Origin: Acidimicrobiia bacterium
Lineage (GTDB): Bacteria; Actinomycetota; Acidimicrobiia; Spongiisociales; ZC4RG35
Assembly: GCA_035513335.1 (NCBI GenBank)
Contig: DATKCE010000039.1
Location: 6,861-70,860 of the forward strand
Length of the DNA stretch: 64,000 bases
Direction: 5' to 3'
The position numbers were made by a program, and so were the translations under genes. A model generated the notes under the pieces. That model was given only the letters and a program-made list of their open reading frames with translations. It was not told the DNA's origin and ran no database searches. Positions 1 to 11,680 of this stretch are shown in pieces (within the stretch, counting starts at the first letter, position 1; every line of letters starts with the position of its first letter).

Positions 1-2156
1 GTGGCGAAGCGGAATCCGAGATCCTTGATCCCGTCGAGGGTCATCGCCACCGCGGAACGCGGGTAACGCTCGATCAAGGTCTCGATCAGCAGCTTGAGGT
101 CGCTCTTGATGACCACCGAGTTGATGTACGGGAAGTCCTCCGGAAACACCGTGTTGAGCATCGCCCGGCCCAGTGTGGTCTCGGTGATGCCGCTGGCGTC
201 ACTCGGCTCCTCGCTGACCAGCTTCTTCAACGTCTGACGCAACTCGCCGTGGACGTCAGGATCACCGGCGAGCTCGCCGAGACGCACTTTGATCGGAGCG
301 TGGAGCGACAGCTCGTCGATCTCATAGGCCATCATGGCCTCGTCGAGGTCGGCGAAAGTGCGGCCCGCGCCCTTGGCATCCTCAACGAACTCGGACAGGT
401 AGTAGATCCCGATGACCATGTCCTGAGAGGGAGTCACGATGGGTCGCCCCGAAGCCGGGGAGAGCACGTTGTTGCTCGACAGCATCAGGACGCGCGCCTC
501 GGCCTGGGCCTCCGCCGACAGCGGGAGATGGACTGCCATCTGGTCACCGTCGAAATCGGCGTTGAACGCCTCACACACCAGCGGGTGGATCTGAACCGCC
601 TTGCCCTCGACGAGGACCGGCTCGAACGCCTGAATGCCGAGACGATGCAGGGTGGGAGCGCGGTTGAGAAGCACCGGATGCTCCTGGATCACATCGGAGA
701 GGACGTCCCAGACCTGGGGTCGCTGGCGCTCCACCATCCGCTTGGCCGCCTTGATGTTCTGAGCCAGGTCGAGGTCGACCAGGCGTTTCATGACGAAAGG
801 CTTGAACAGCTCCAAGGCCATGATCTTGGGCAGACCGCACTGGTGCAGCTTGAGCTGTGGTCCGACGACGATCACGGAACGACCCGAGTAGTCGACGCGC
901 TTTCCGAGCAGGTTCTGACGGAAGCGACCCTGTTTGCCCTTGAGCATGTCCGAGAGCGACTTGAGGGCGCGGTTGCCCGGGCCGGTCACGGCACGTCCGC
1001 GGCGCCCGTTGTCGAACAGGGCGTCGACGGCCTCTTGGAGCATGCGCTTCTCGTTGTTGACGATGATCTCCGGGGCACCCAGGTCCAACAGCCTCTTGAG
1101 ACGGTTGTTCCGGTTGATGACCCGGCGGTAGAGGTCGTTCAGGTCTGAGGTGGCGAAACGGCCCCCGTCGAGCTGGACCATCGGGCGGAGATCGGGTGGA
1201 ATGACCGGGACCGTCTCGAGGATCATGTCCTCGGGGCGGTTCTTGCCCTCCCAGAACGGCTTGACCACCTTCATCCGCTGGGTGGCGCGCTGACGCCGCT
1301 GCTGCGACGACCCGTCCAGGTTCTCCTCGAGCTTGTCCATCTCGGCGTCGAGATCCAGGGTGAGCAGCAGCGTCTTGACCGCTTCGGCGCCCATGCCTCC
1401 CTCGAAGTAGTCGGCGTAGCGGAAGTAGATCTCACGCCAGAGCTGCTCGGATTCGATGAGCTGCTTCGGTCCCATGGTGCGGAAGGTGCTGAAGGCCTCC
1501 TCAATGAGCTCGATCTCGCGGCTCATCCGCTCCTCGCGCTCTTTGATCTCCTTCTCCACTTCCTTGCGCCGGGCGTTGATCTCCTGGGTCTTGGCTCCGC
1601 CCTCCTCCATGCGCTCGAGTTCGTCTTCGAGGGCCTCGAGACGGACCTCGTGCCACTCGCTGAACTCGTTCTTGACCACTTCGATCTCGTCGGTCATGGC
1701 GACCTCGAGCTCGGGGAGGTCCTTTTGGCGGGCCTCGTCGTTCACCGAAGTGACGATGTAGCTGGCGAAGTAGATGACCTTCTCCAGCTCCTTCGGTGAC
1801 ATGTCGAGCAGGTAGCCGAGTCGGCTGGGAACGCCCTTGAAGAACCAGATGTGGGTGACCGGGGCGGCCAGCTCGATGTGACCCATGCGCTCGCGGCGCA
1901 CTTTGGACCGGGTGACTTCGACACCACAGCGCTCACAGATGATCCCCTTGTAGCGGATCCGCTTGTACTTGCCGCAGTAGCACTCCCAGTCCCGCTGGGG
2001 ACCAAAGATGCGCTCGTCGAAGAGCCCTTCCTTCTCGGGGCGGAGGGTCCTGTAGTTGATGGTCTCCGGCTTCTTCACCTCTCCGTACGACCAGGCGCGC
2101 ACCTGGTCGCTGGAGGCGAGGCCGATTCTCAGTTCATCGAAGATCTGTTGAGCCAT
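1..2156 (-). CDS. rpoC: DNA-directed RNA polymerase subunit beta-prime, N-terminal ~718 codons (3' end runs off window)
   Basis: Absent from ORF track because it has no stop in the window. Minus-strand translation from ATG at 2156 reads [38 protein letters not shown]... The catalytic [11 protein letters not shown] motif is encoded near 540-585. Lies directly downstream of rpoB. Confidence 0.97.
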   Translation of the reverse strand, partial: MAQQIFDELRIGLASSDQVRAWSYGEVKKPETINYRTLRPEKEGLFDERIFGPQRDWECYCGKYKRIRYKGIICERCGVEVTRSKVRRERMGHIELAAPVTHIWFFKGVPSRLGYLLDMSPKELEKVIYFASYIVTSVNDEARQKDLPELEVAMTDEIEVVKNEFSEWHEVRLEALEDELERMEEGGAKTQEINARRKEVEKEIKEREERMSREIELIEEAFSTFRTMGPKQLIESEQLWREIYFRYADYFEGGMGAEAVKTLLLTLDLDAEMDKLEENLDGSSQQRRQRATQRMKVVKPFWEGKNRPEDMILETVPVIPPDLRPMVQLDGGRFATSDLNDLYRRVINRNNRLKRLLDLGAPEIIVNNEKRMLQEAVDALFDNGRRGRAVTGPGNRALKSLSDMLKGKQGRFRQNLLGKRVDYSGRSVIVVGPQLKLHQCGLPKIMALELFKPFVMKRLVDLDLAQNIKAAKRMVERQRPQVWDVLSDVIQEHPVLLNRAPTLHRLGIQAFEPVLVEGKAVQIHPLVCEAFNADFDGDQMAVHLPLSAEAQAEARVLMLSSNNVLSPASGRPIVTPSQDMVIGIYYLSEFVEDAKGAGRTFADLDEAMMAYEIDELSLHAPIKVRLGELAGDPDVHGELRQTLKKLVSEEPSDASGITETTLGRAMLNTVFPEDFPYINSVVIKSDLKLLIETLIERYPRSAVAMTLDGIKDLGFRFA

Positions 2157-2161
2157 ATCTT

Positions 2162-2209
2162 TTGCCGGCGGACTTTGGCCGAGAGTCTCCTCTCGTCCGC
2201 CGTTCTCTC
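2162..2209 (-). repeat. Structured ~48-nt repeat, copy 1, immediately 5' of the rpoC start
   Basis: ttgccggcggactttggccgagagtctcctctcgtccgccgttctctc. Contains the inverted repeat GGCGGAC(2167-2173)/GTCCGCC(2195-2201) enclosing a GAGAG..CTCTC inner stem. About 45/48 identical by eye to 2341-2388. Confidence 0.85.
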
Positions 2210-2277
2210 CTTCAGGGGATCAGTTATAGATTCTGTCGAACACGGATGATCCGTCGGCCAAACAGACGCCGGTCCGG

Positions 2278-2293
2278 CGGGGCTTCCGCCCCG
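2278..2293 (-). other. Stable tetraloop hairpin in the rpoB-rpoC spacer
   Basis: Sense-strand CGGGGC-GGAA-GCCCCG (6-bp GC stem, GNRA-type loop). It is followed about 12 nt later by UCUGUUUGG. Function (processing site or attenuator) is unknown. Confidence 0.4.
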
Positions 2294-2340
2294 TGACAAT
2301 TTCTCGATCGGGCACTCTTACAAACAAACGGCTATCTCGA

Positions 2341-2388
2341 TTGCCGGGCGGACTTTGGCCGAGAGCCTCCTCTCGTCCGCCTTCTCTC
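2341..2388 (-). repeat. Structured ~48-nt repeat, copy 2 (179 nt upstream of copy 1 on the sense strand)
   Basis: ttgccgggcggactttggccgagagcctcctctcgtccgccttctctc. Same stem architecture as 2162-2209. The following bases GGCAATCGAGATAGCC resemble the rpoC start context GGCAAAAGATATGGCT. Confidence 0.85.
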
Positions 2389-2482
2389 AACTTGGGGGTC
2401 AAACTCACCTCTCGGAGCTCCCAGCTTCTCGGCCGGCCAAAACAGACGCCCGTCAGCCGGAGCTGCCGCTGCGTGGTTGCAG

Positions 2483-5860
<3,378 letters not shown>

Positions 5861-5907
5861 GGGGTGCCTCCTTGAGGTGGACGTCGGTCAGGGGATAACG
5901 CAAGAAA

Positions 5908-5937
5908 GGACATGCTAACACACGCGCGAACATGTCC
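5908..5937 (-). terminator. Candidate attenuator hairpin in the rpoB 5' leader
   Basis: Sense strand: UUUCUUUUUU-GGGGACAUG-(16 nt loop)-CAUGUCC-UUUCUUGCGUU. The stem is 7 bp, or 9 with G-U pairs, and is followed by a U-rich tract about 45 nt before the rpoB SD. The long loop makes it weak. Confidence 0.25.
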
Positions 5938-6018
5938 CCAAAAAAGAAATCTCGTTTGTCGAACCGTACTTCCGACTGGCCGGACAGACGGCACCCGGGC
6001 CCGCAGACCCGTGGGGTC

Positions 6019-6048
6019 ACTCTATCGCACTAGCGCGAAACCCGTCAA
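6019..6048 (-). promoter_or_regulatory. Candidate rpoB promoter (TTGACG-18 nt-TAGAGT)
   Basis: On the minus strand, the -35 TTGACG is at 6048-6043 and the -10 TAGAGT (TAnnnT class) is at 6024-6019, with an 18-nt spacer. This would give a ~150-nt leader. Confidence 0.4.
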
Positions 6049-6065
6049 CCTTTTGATGGAGGGCC

Positions 6066-6385
6066 GCGTTGATGGTCGGCCGGCTTCGAGCGATTGTCTC
6101 CCGTCCCCCGATCTCGCGGCGCTGCCGGGGATTCCACCTCACTACCCGGTGCCCGCCGACTGGATCGCCGCTCGAACAGACGCCGGTCGGCCGACTGCTA
6201 CCGCGCCGTTTTGATGGTCGAACGACTTCGAGCGACTGCCTCCCGTCGTCTCGAGTCGAACGCCTGGCTGGGGACCACCTCGGCCCCTCCCGCCCTCCGG
6301 TGGATCGTCGCTCGAACAGACGCCGGTCGGCCGACTGCTACCGCGCCGTTTTGATGGTCGGCCGACTTCGAGCGACACTTGGAAT
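6066..6385 (-). repeat. Tandem repeat array, period ~140 bp, about 2.3 copies, upstream of the candidate rpoB promoter
   Basis: 6161-6220 and 6301-6360 are 59/60 identical by eye. GATGGTCG..CTTCGAGCGA recurs at 6071, 6213 and 6353. The 10-bp palindrome GTCGGCCGAC occurs at 6186, 6326 and 6357. A degenerate further copy covers about 5975-6065. Confidence 0.9.
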
Positions 6386-6434
6386 CGGGCACTCCGTGCC
6401 CTGAGGTACCAGGTGGGTCCAGATAACCGATACC

Positions 6435-7163
6435 TCATACCTGATACCTCTTACCTGATACTTCCTCGAGACGGTCAGGATCGAGAATCTGGATTTTGCG
6501 GTACCCGGTCTCCACGACGCCCATCTCACGAAGACGGCTCAGGGACTCGTTCACCGACTGCCGGCTGGCTCCGAGGAGGACGCCGATGGTCGACTGAGAT
6601 AGGTTGACATTCGGTTGACGCTCAGTCTCCTCAACGAGGAGATCGGCCAAACGTGACAGCACGGGCTTGTGTGCCAACGAGATGACGCGCTGCTGGGTCT
6701 GTTCGATCCGGCGCATGGTGGCCACCAGCCACCGGAGCATGATCCCCGGGTTGACCGCCAGCTCCGGGAGGAGACGAGCGCGGGTGAATCGATAGGCCCT
6801 GAGTGGCTCCACCCCCCTGGCATCGGCGATGTGAGGGCGGCCACCGAACATGGCGAAGTCCCCGAGGACCGACCCGGGCTCTGCGTGAGCAACGATCCGG
6901 CGTCCCGATCCGGCGCCACGGATGATCTCGACGGAACCTCGCTCGATGATGTAGGTCGCCTCCGCCGGCTCCCCCTCCCGAAAGAGATAGGCGCCCGGGA
7001 CCAAGACGACCATCTCCGCCACCCGCTTGATCGACTCGATGTCGGACGATCGCAGCGTTCGGTAGTCGGCTCGCGCCAGCGAGCGGGCCAGCCAGTCGAG
7101 GTGCTGTCGCTCGGCCTCACCCATGCCCGTGCCAACGGACGCCGGGCCGACATTCTTCCCCAT
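6435..7163 (-). CDS. Crp/Fnr-family transcriptional regulator (cNMP-binding domain plus C-terminal HTH)
   Basis: 242 aa. Nucleotide-binding beta-barrel region (LFREGEPAEATYIIERGSVEI...GDFAMFGG) and HTH region (LSQSTIGVLLGASRQSVNESLSRLRE). Confidence 0.85.
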   Translation of the reverse strand: MGKNVGPASVGTGMGEAERQHLDWLARSLARADYRTLRSSDIESIKRVAEMVVLVPGAYLFREGEPAEATYIIERGSVEIIRGAGSGRRIVAHAEPGSVLGDFAMFGGRPHIADARGVEPLRAYRFTRARLLPELAVNPGIMLRWLVATMRRIEQTQQRVISLAHKPVLSRLADLLVEETERQPNVNLSQSTIGVLLGASRQSVNESLSRLREMGVVETGYRKIQILDPDRLEEVSGKRYQV

Positions 7164-7205
7164 GTGCCCTTATTTCACCTCACACATCCTTACCATCTCC
7201 TCGAC

Positions 7206-8879
7206 ATGGCCAGGCATCGTGAGCACTACTTCGGCTGGCTCTGGGTCCTACCCTCCCTGGCCATTCCTCTGGTGATCTCTGCTGTCGCCTGGACGTCCCA
7301 CGTCTCGAGTGAAGGCGACGTCATCGCTGCGAACGTCCGGTTCGCCGGCGTGGACGTCTCCGGACTCTCACCCGAAGTGGCCGCTGCCCACGTCGAATGG
7401 AGAGAGGCCGCATTCCTCGAGACACCGGTCACCATCGACCTCGGCGGCCGCCTGGTGAAGCTTCCCGCGCGTGAGCTCGGCTACGACTACCTGTACGTCG
7501 ACACGGTCAACTCGGTGGTCTCCGCCCGCCACGAGGACAACGCGTGGGACGAGTTCGTCGCCTGGATCACCACTCCACTCCGTCCCGTGACCGTCGAGGA
7601 CCAGTTCGTCCTGGACGAGAGCGTGGCCCGGGAGCGGCTGGCTGGTGAGGACTTCGTCGTCGAATCCCCGGTGGAACCCGAGCTCACCTACTCCGACGGA
7701 GCAATCGAGGCGCTGGCCGGTGTGCCCGGCACGGGGGTGGACATCGACTGGATGATCGAAGCGCTCTCCATAGCTGATGTCGACGCAGGCCCGACGACGA
7801 TCAATGCCACGTTGGCGGAAATCGCTCCGACCGTGTCGGTTGGAGAAGCCGATGCCGCCGCAGAGCGTGCCCATGAGCTCACCGCGGAGGAGGTGGTGGT
7901 GAGGGTGGGGACCTCGGTCGGCCGATTGGCGCCGACCCAGATCCGTCGCCATGTTGTGAGCGCGGTGGAGGATGGTGAGATGACGATCTCGATCGACTTC
8001 GAAGGCCTCCACCGCGCCCTCGAGGACCTCTTCACAGACCCGGTTGGCGAGATCGAGAAGCCAGTGTTGGAAGTGGTCGATGGGGAGGTCGCGGTGGTCC
8101 GTGAGGGTACACCTCCGCCGATCTGCTGCTCAGCGGAGTCGATACGCGAAGCTGCCGAGCTGCTGCTCGACCCGGATGTCACGATCCTCAGGCTCGAGCC
8201 CCGCCCCGATGACGACCCCACCATCGGCGCCTGGGCAGATGGCTCGCTGGTGACCGAAGCTATCGCCGAGTTCACGACCACACACGCCTGCTGTGAGAAC
8301 CGGGTCACCAACATCCAGACCATGGCCGACGCGGTGACCGGCTACTACATGCTTCCAGGGGAGACCCTCTCGTTCAACGACTACATCGGTCCGCGCACCA
8401 GAGAGAAGGGCTATCTACCGGCCGGGGCGATCCGGGGAGGGCACATGACCGACGAGGTGGGTGGCGGAGTGTCCCAATTCGTGACCACGATGTTCAACGC
8501 CGCCTACTTCGCCGGGTTGGAGCTCGACCAATACCAGAGCCACTCGGTGTATTTCTCGCGCTACCCGTTCGGGCGGGAAGCCACCCTGTCGATACCGGGG
8601 CCGGATCTGGTGATCACCAACAGCACCGACTATCCGGTCCTCATCTGGCCGACCTATGACCCCACATCGATCACGGTGACCCTCTACTCGACCCAGCACA
8701 TCGACGTCGTGGAATTGGATCAGAGAATCAGCTTTCGTAGCCAATGCCGACACAGCCAGATCGACCGTCAACGTACCTATCCCGATGGCCGGGTCGTCGT
8801 CGACACCATCGTCGCCAACTACCGCCCCGCCGACGGCATCGACTGCAACGGGGACGTGATTCCGCCGCCCCCAGATTGA
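7206..8879 (+). CDS. VanW-family membrane-anchored protein
   Basis: The track ORF 6669-8879 was trimmed to the ATG at 7206 (MARHREHYFGWLWVLPSLAIPLVISAVAW, a TM anchor), because the upstream part is antisense to the Crp gene. C-terminal VanW-like region: TLSFNDYIGPRTREKGYLPAGAI...GGGVSQFVTTMFNAAYFAG. Confidence 0.8.
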   Translation: MARHREHYFGWLWVLPSLAIPLVISAVAWTSHVSSEGDVIAANVRFAGVDVSGLSPEVAAAHVEWREAAFLETPVTIDLGGRLVKLPARELGYDYLYVDTVNSVVSARHEDNAWDEFVAWITTPLRPVTVEDQFVLDESVARERLAGEDFVVESPVEPELTYSDGAIEALAGVPGTGVDIDWMIEALSIADVDAGPTTINATLAEIAPTVSVGEADAAAERAHELTAEEVVVRVGTSVGRLAPTQIRRHVVSAVEDGEMTISIDFEGLHRALEDLFTDPVGEIEKPVLEVVDGEVAVVREGTPPPICCSAESIREAAELLLDPDVTILRLEPRPDDDPTIGAWADGSLVTEAIAEFTTTHACCENRVTNIQTMADAVTGYYMLPGETLSFNDYIGPRTREKGYLPAGAIRGGHMTDEVGGGVSQFVTTMFNAAYFAGLELDQYQSHSVYFSRYPFGREATLSIPGPDLVITNSTDYPVLIWPTYDPTSITVTLYSTQHIDVVELDQRISFRSQCRHSQIDRQRTYPDGRVVVDTIVANYRPADGIDCNGDVIPPPPD

Positions 8880-8880
8880 C

Positions 8881-9169
8881 TCAGCCTTCTTCGAGAATCC
8901 GGCCCAACGTCACCTTCCCCACCGCCGCCATCACGGGGTTGTCAGCGGAGTGGGCTGCAAACGCCGAGCCATCGCGCCTCGTTCTCGATCAGGTCGGCTG
9001 ATAGTTCCCGTCGAGGGAATCGAGCGACGAGCCTGTCTCCGAGGCGGAGTGGGACGTTGTCCCAACCATGGGGGAGCGGTTCCAGGTCGAGAGCGGCGAG
9101 ATCCGGGCACTGGTCGCCGACCAACCGACGGACGAGCTCTGGTGTGACCTCCGCCTCGGCTGGAGGCAT
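8881..9169 (-). pseudogene. Aminoglycoside/choline-kinase-type phosphotransferase (APH family) remnant with a large internal deletion
   Basis: N-terminal ~70 codons (MPPAEAEVTPELVRRLVGDQCPDLAALDLEPLPHGWDNVPLRLGDRLVARFPRRELSADLIENEARWL) run into a stop. A different frame immediately downstream encodes an APH-like C-terminal tail, SADNPVMAAVGKVTLGRILEEG-stop (stop at 8881-8883). The kinase core is missing. Confidence 0.6.
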
Positions 9170-9186
9170 CCGCTGACCACCCGGGC

Positions 9187-9333
9187 TCAACCTCCCCAGC
9201 TGCCCAGACTTCCTACGACCGGATCGTCACCGAATCCGAGGAGGTTGATGGCGGTCAGAGCCAACACGAAGAACACGATGGCGATCATCAACCCGAGCAG
9301 CCACGGCGACAGTTTGCGCTTGTGCTTTTCCAC
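9187..9333 (-). CDS. Possible 48-aa single-pass membrane peptide
   Basis: Below the ORF-track size cutoff. GTG at 9333: VEKHKRKLSPWLLGLMIAIVFFVLALTAINLLGFGDDPVVGSLGSWGG. Basic N-terminus plus one hydrophobic helix. Starts 22 nt after the cupin stop. Confidence 0.3.
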   Translation of the reverse strand: MEKHKRKLSPWLLGLMIAIVFFVLALTAINLLGFGDDPVVGSLGSWGG

Positions 9334-9354
9334 CGCGGCGACTCTAGGGCCCGA

Positions 9355-9663
9355 TCAAGCCTGGGCGGCGTCTCCGGAGGACGAGATCGACCACACTGCG
9401 AAGTCGGGGGTGAAGTCCTCGAAGTTGTGGGTGGTGCCTGCCTCTGCGAAGAGGAGATCTCCCGGCCCGAAGGGCTGCCTGTCACCGTCGACGCTGAAGA
9501 ATCCCGAGCCGTTCAGGACCACGTAGATCTTGTGAGCCTGGTGCTGATCGGGATCGTCGCTCTCGTGTGGCGCGTAGATCCCTGCACTCAGGCTGCCGTG
9601 ACTGAATACCTCGGAGTAGCGCTCGTCGCTGGCGAGTTTCGCCAGAGCCATCTTGTAGGACAT
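9355..9663 (-). CDS. Cupin-domain protein
   Basis: Small beta-barrel signature (HQAHKIYVVLNGSGFFSVDGDRQPFGPGDLLFAEAGTTHNF). Start uncertain: ATG at 9663 is chosen, while the track ORF extends to 9717. Confidence 0.7.
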   Translation of the reverse strand: MSYKMALAKLASDERYSEVFSHGSLSAGIYAPHESDDPDQHQAHKIYVVLNGSGFFSVDGDRQPFGPGDLLFAEAGTTHNFEDFTPDFAVWSISSSGDAAQA

Positions 9664-9777
9664 GCTTGTGCCACTCATGCGGACCGAGCGTACCCAAATA
9701 GCCGAAGTCATCCACAAAAAGAGCCCCGATCGCCGAGATCAACCGGCGATCGGGGCCCGTGACCGGGGAGATCATGA

Positions 9778-10191
9778 TCAGGCGGTGAGTGCCTCGTGTG
9801 TGGGGCTCACCGAGATCTTGCGAGGCTTGGCGGTCTCAGCGACCGGGATCGCGAGGGTGAGCACACCGTGGTCGTAGCCAGCCTCGATGGCGTCCGTGTC
9901 GAGACTCTCACCGAGGAAGAACTGGCGTGAGTACGATCCAACCGGGCGCTCGTTGAGCAGGATTTGCTCTTCACCGTCGCGCTCCCACTTACGCTCCGCA
10001 GAGACCGAAAGCGTGTTCTTCTCCACCGTCACGTCGATCGACTCGGGGTCGATGCCCGGGAGATCGATGTGGAGATAGAAACGATCGTCCTTGCGATAGG
10101 CGTCCGCAGGCATGTAGTTGGTCCGGGTGTTACCCCACACCTGACGGGTGACACGATCGAAATCAGAGAATGGATCGAATCGCATGAGCAT
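9778..10191 (-). CDS. Hsp20/alpha-crystallin small heat-shock protein
   Basis: 137 aa with an alpha-crystallin domain (YLHIDLPGIDPESIDVTVEKNTLSVSAERK...GVLTLAIPV). AGGAGG lies 9 nt upstream of the ATG. Confidence 0.93.
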   Translation of the reverse strand: MLMRFDPFSDFDRVTRQVWGNTRTNYMPADAYRKDDRFYLHIDLPGIDPESIDVTVEKNTLSVSAERKWERDGEEQILLNERPVGSYSRQFFLGESLDTDAIEAGYDHGVLTLAIPVAETAKPRKISVSPTHEALTA

Positions 10192-10238
10192 TTGTGGATA
10201 CCTCCTATTGTCAATACTCGACTTGTGATTACTACTGC

Positions 10239-10267
10239 ATTATGCCTGATCTAATCTGATATGTCAA
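10239..10267 (-). promoter_or_regulatory. hsp20 promoter TTGACA-17 nt-CATAAT inside an AT-rich island
   Basis: On the minus strand, the -35 TTGACA is at 10267-10262 and the -10 CATAAT is at 10244-10239, with an exactly 17-nt spacer. The -35 sits in the centre of the dyad TGATAT-N5-ATATCA (10258-10274). Confidence 0.6.
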
Positions 10268-10352
10268 ATATCAAGTTTACTGAGGGCGAAGGCAGGGCTT
10301 ACTCGGTGATGCCCGGCGACGGATCCCGGGCAGTGGGCCTATCCTGCCGGGC

Positions 10353-10808
10353 GTGACGGAGCCAGGACTGACAACCATCGGGTGGCGGGAATGGGTGGCT
10401 ATGCCCGACCTCGGCGTGACCGAGATCAAGGCGAAAGTCGACACTGGGGCCGACAACTCGTCGCTACACGCCTTCAACATCGAACGGTTCGAGCACGACG
10501 GGGTCGGTATGGTCAGATTCGACGTCCACGTCCGACAACGGAAACGCAAGCCCAGTGTGTCCTGTGTGGCCGAGGTCGCCTTCGAGCGGAACGTGAAGAA
10601 CCCCGGGGGCAGGTCCGAACTTCGTCCCGTGATCCGCACTCGGCTTATTGTTGCCGGTAAGGAGATCGACGCCCTGGTGAACCTGACGACGAGAGACGAG
10701 ATGACCTTCCGGATGCTCCTCGGCCGCCGCACGGTGAGAAAGCACTTCCTGGTCGACCCCGGCCGCAGCTATCTGGGTGAGCGCCCCAGCAGAGGGGCCA
10801 CCACGTGA
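10353..10808 (+). CDS. RimB-like retropepsin-fold putative protease (often annotated ATP-dependent zinc protease family)
   Basis: 151 aa, [29 protein letters not shown] (DTGA aspartic-protease-like motif). GTGA overlap with the rimK start. Confidence 0.75.
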   Translation: MTEPGLTTIGWREWVAMPDLGVTEIKAKVDTGADNSSLHAFNIERFEHDGVGMVRFDVHVRQRKRKPSVSCVAEVAFERNVKNPGGRSELRPVIRTRLIVAGKEIDALVNLTTRDEMTFRMLLGRRTVRKHFLVDPGRSYLGERPSRGATT

Positions 10809-11680
10809 GGATCGCCATCCTGTCGCGGGGATCCACCCTCTACTCGACGGCGCGGCTCAAGGAGGCTGCGCTCGGCCGCGGACACGACGTGGTCGTCGTC
10901 GACTATCTGCGCTGCTACATGGACATAACCGCGCGCCGGCCCAAGGTCATCTACAAGGGGGAGGAGGTCCGGCCCCATGCGGTGATCCCCCGCATCGGGG
11001 CGTCGTACACCTTCTACGGCACCGCCGTGGTGCGCCAGTTCGAGATGGCCGACGTGTTCACCCTCAACAGCTCGGATGGGATAAGCCGCTCCCGGGACAA
11101 GCTCCGCTCCATGCAGATTCTCTCACGCTCCGGGGTCGGCCTGCCCACGACCAGCTTCGCCCACTCCATCCAGGATGTGAACGGTGTCCTCGAAATCGTC
11201 GGCGGCACCCCGGTCGTGGTCAAGCTCCTCGAAGGGACACAGGGTCTCGGAGTCGTGCTGGCCGAGACCAAGAAAGCGGCCGAGTCGGTGATCGGGGCCT
11301 TCCGCCAGCTCGACGCCAATATCCTGGTCCAGCAGTTCATCAAAGAGGCGGGAGGCTCGGACATAAGGGCTTTCGTGGTCGGAGGCAAGGTAGCGGCGGC
11401 TATGCGACGCCGCGGGTCGCCCGGAGACTTCCGCTCCAACCTCCATCGTGGGGGCAGCGCCGAAGCGATGAAGCTGACCCCGTCGGAGCGCTCGACCGCG
11501 GTACGGGCCGCGAAGAGCATGGGCCTCAACGTGGCCGGCGTCGATCTCCTCCAGTCTGAGGAGGGCCCGATGGTCCTCGAGGTGAACTCCTCCCCCGGTT
11601 TGGAGGGGATCGAGAACACCAGCGGAGTCGACATCGCCGATCTGATCGTCGAGTACATCGAAGACAACGTTGGCGCCTGA
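10805..11680 (+). CDS. rimK: RimK-family alpha-L-glutamate ligase (ATP-grasp)
   Basis: 291 aa, [29 protein letters not shown]...[18 protein letters not shown]...[12 protein letters not shown], typical of RimK. Confidence 0.9.
   Translation: MRIAILSRGSTLYSTARLKEAALGRGHDVVVVDYLRCYMDITARRPKVIYKGEEVRPHAVIPRIGASYTFYGTAVVRQFEMADVFTLNSSDGISRSRDKLRSMQILSRSGVGLPTTSFAHSIQDVNGVLEIVGGTPVVVKLLEGTQGLGVVLAETKKAAESVIGAFRQLDANILVQQFIKEAGGSDIRAFVVGGKVAAAMRRRGSPGDFRSNLHRGGSAEAMKLTPSERSTAVRAAKSMGLNVAGVDLLQSEEGPMVLEVNSSPGLEGIENTSGVDIADLIVEYIEDNVGA

Noticed and set aside
6276-6304. A C-rich plus-strand / G-rich sense-strand tract (GGAGGGCGGGAGGGG) as a G-quadruplex or 6C-RNA-like loop.
   Set aside because: There are only three clear G3 tracts. 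The tract is present in one repeat unit only, and there is no second C-rich loop as in 6C RNA.
6066-6385. Possibility that the repeat array upstream of rpoB is a CRISPR array.
   Set aside because: The period is ~140 bp and the whole unit is repeated, rather than short repeats separated by unique spacers. There are only ~2.3 copies and no cas genes in the window.
5861-6434. A tRNA, tmRNA, RNase P, SRP or 6S RNA gene in the largest intergenic regions. GGTTCGA occurs near 5955, and AAAGTCCG near 2170 and 2350.
   Set aside because: No acceptor or T-arm pairing surrounds the GGTTCGA. The AAAGTCCG is part of the duplicated hairpin and lacks the rest of the RNase P P4 context. No other hallmark motifs were seen.
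7161-7185. A GTG-N9-CAC dyad (ATGTGCCCTTATTTCACCTCACA) overlapping the Crp-family gene start, as an autoregulatory Crp site.
   Set aside because: The spacing is one base off the consensus (N8 between GTG and CAC) and only one half resembles TGTGA. This is too weak to call.
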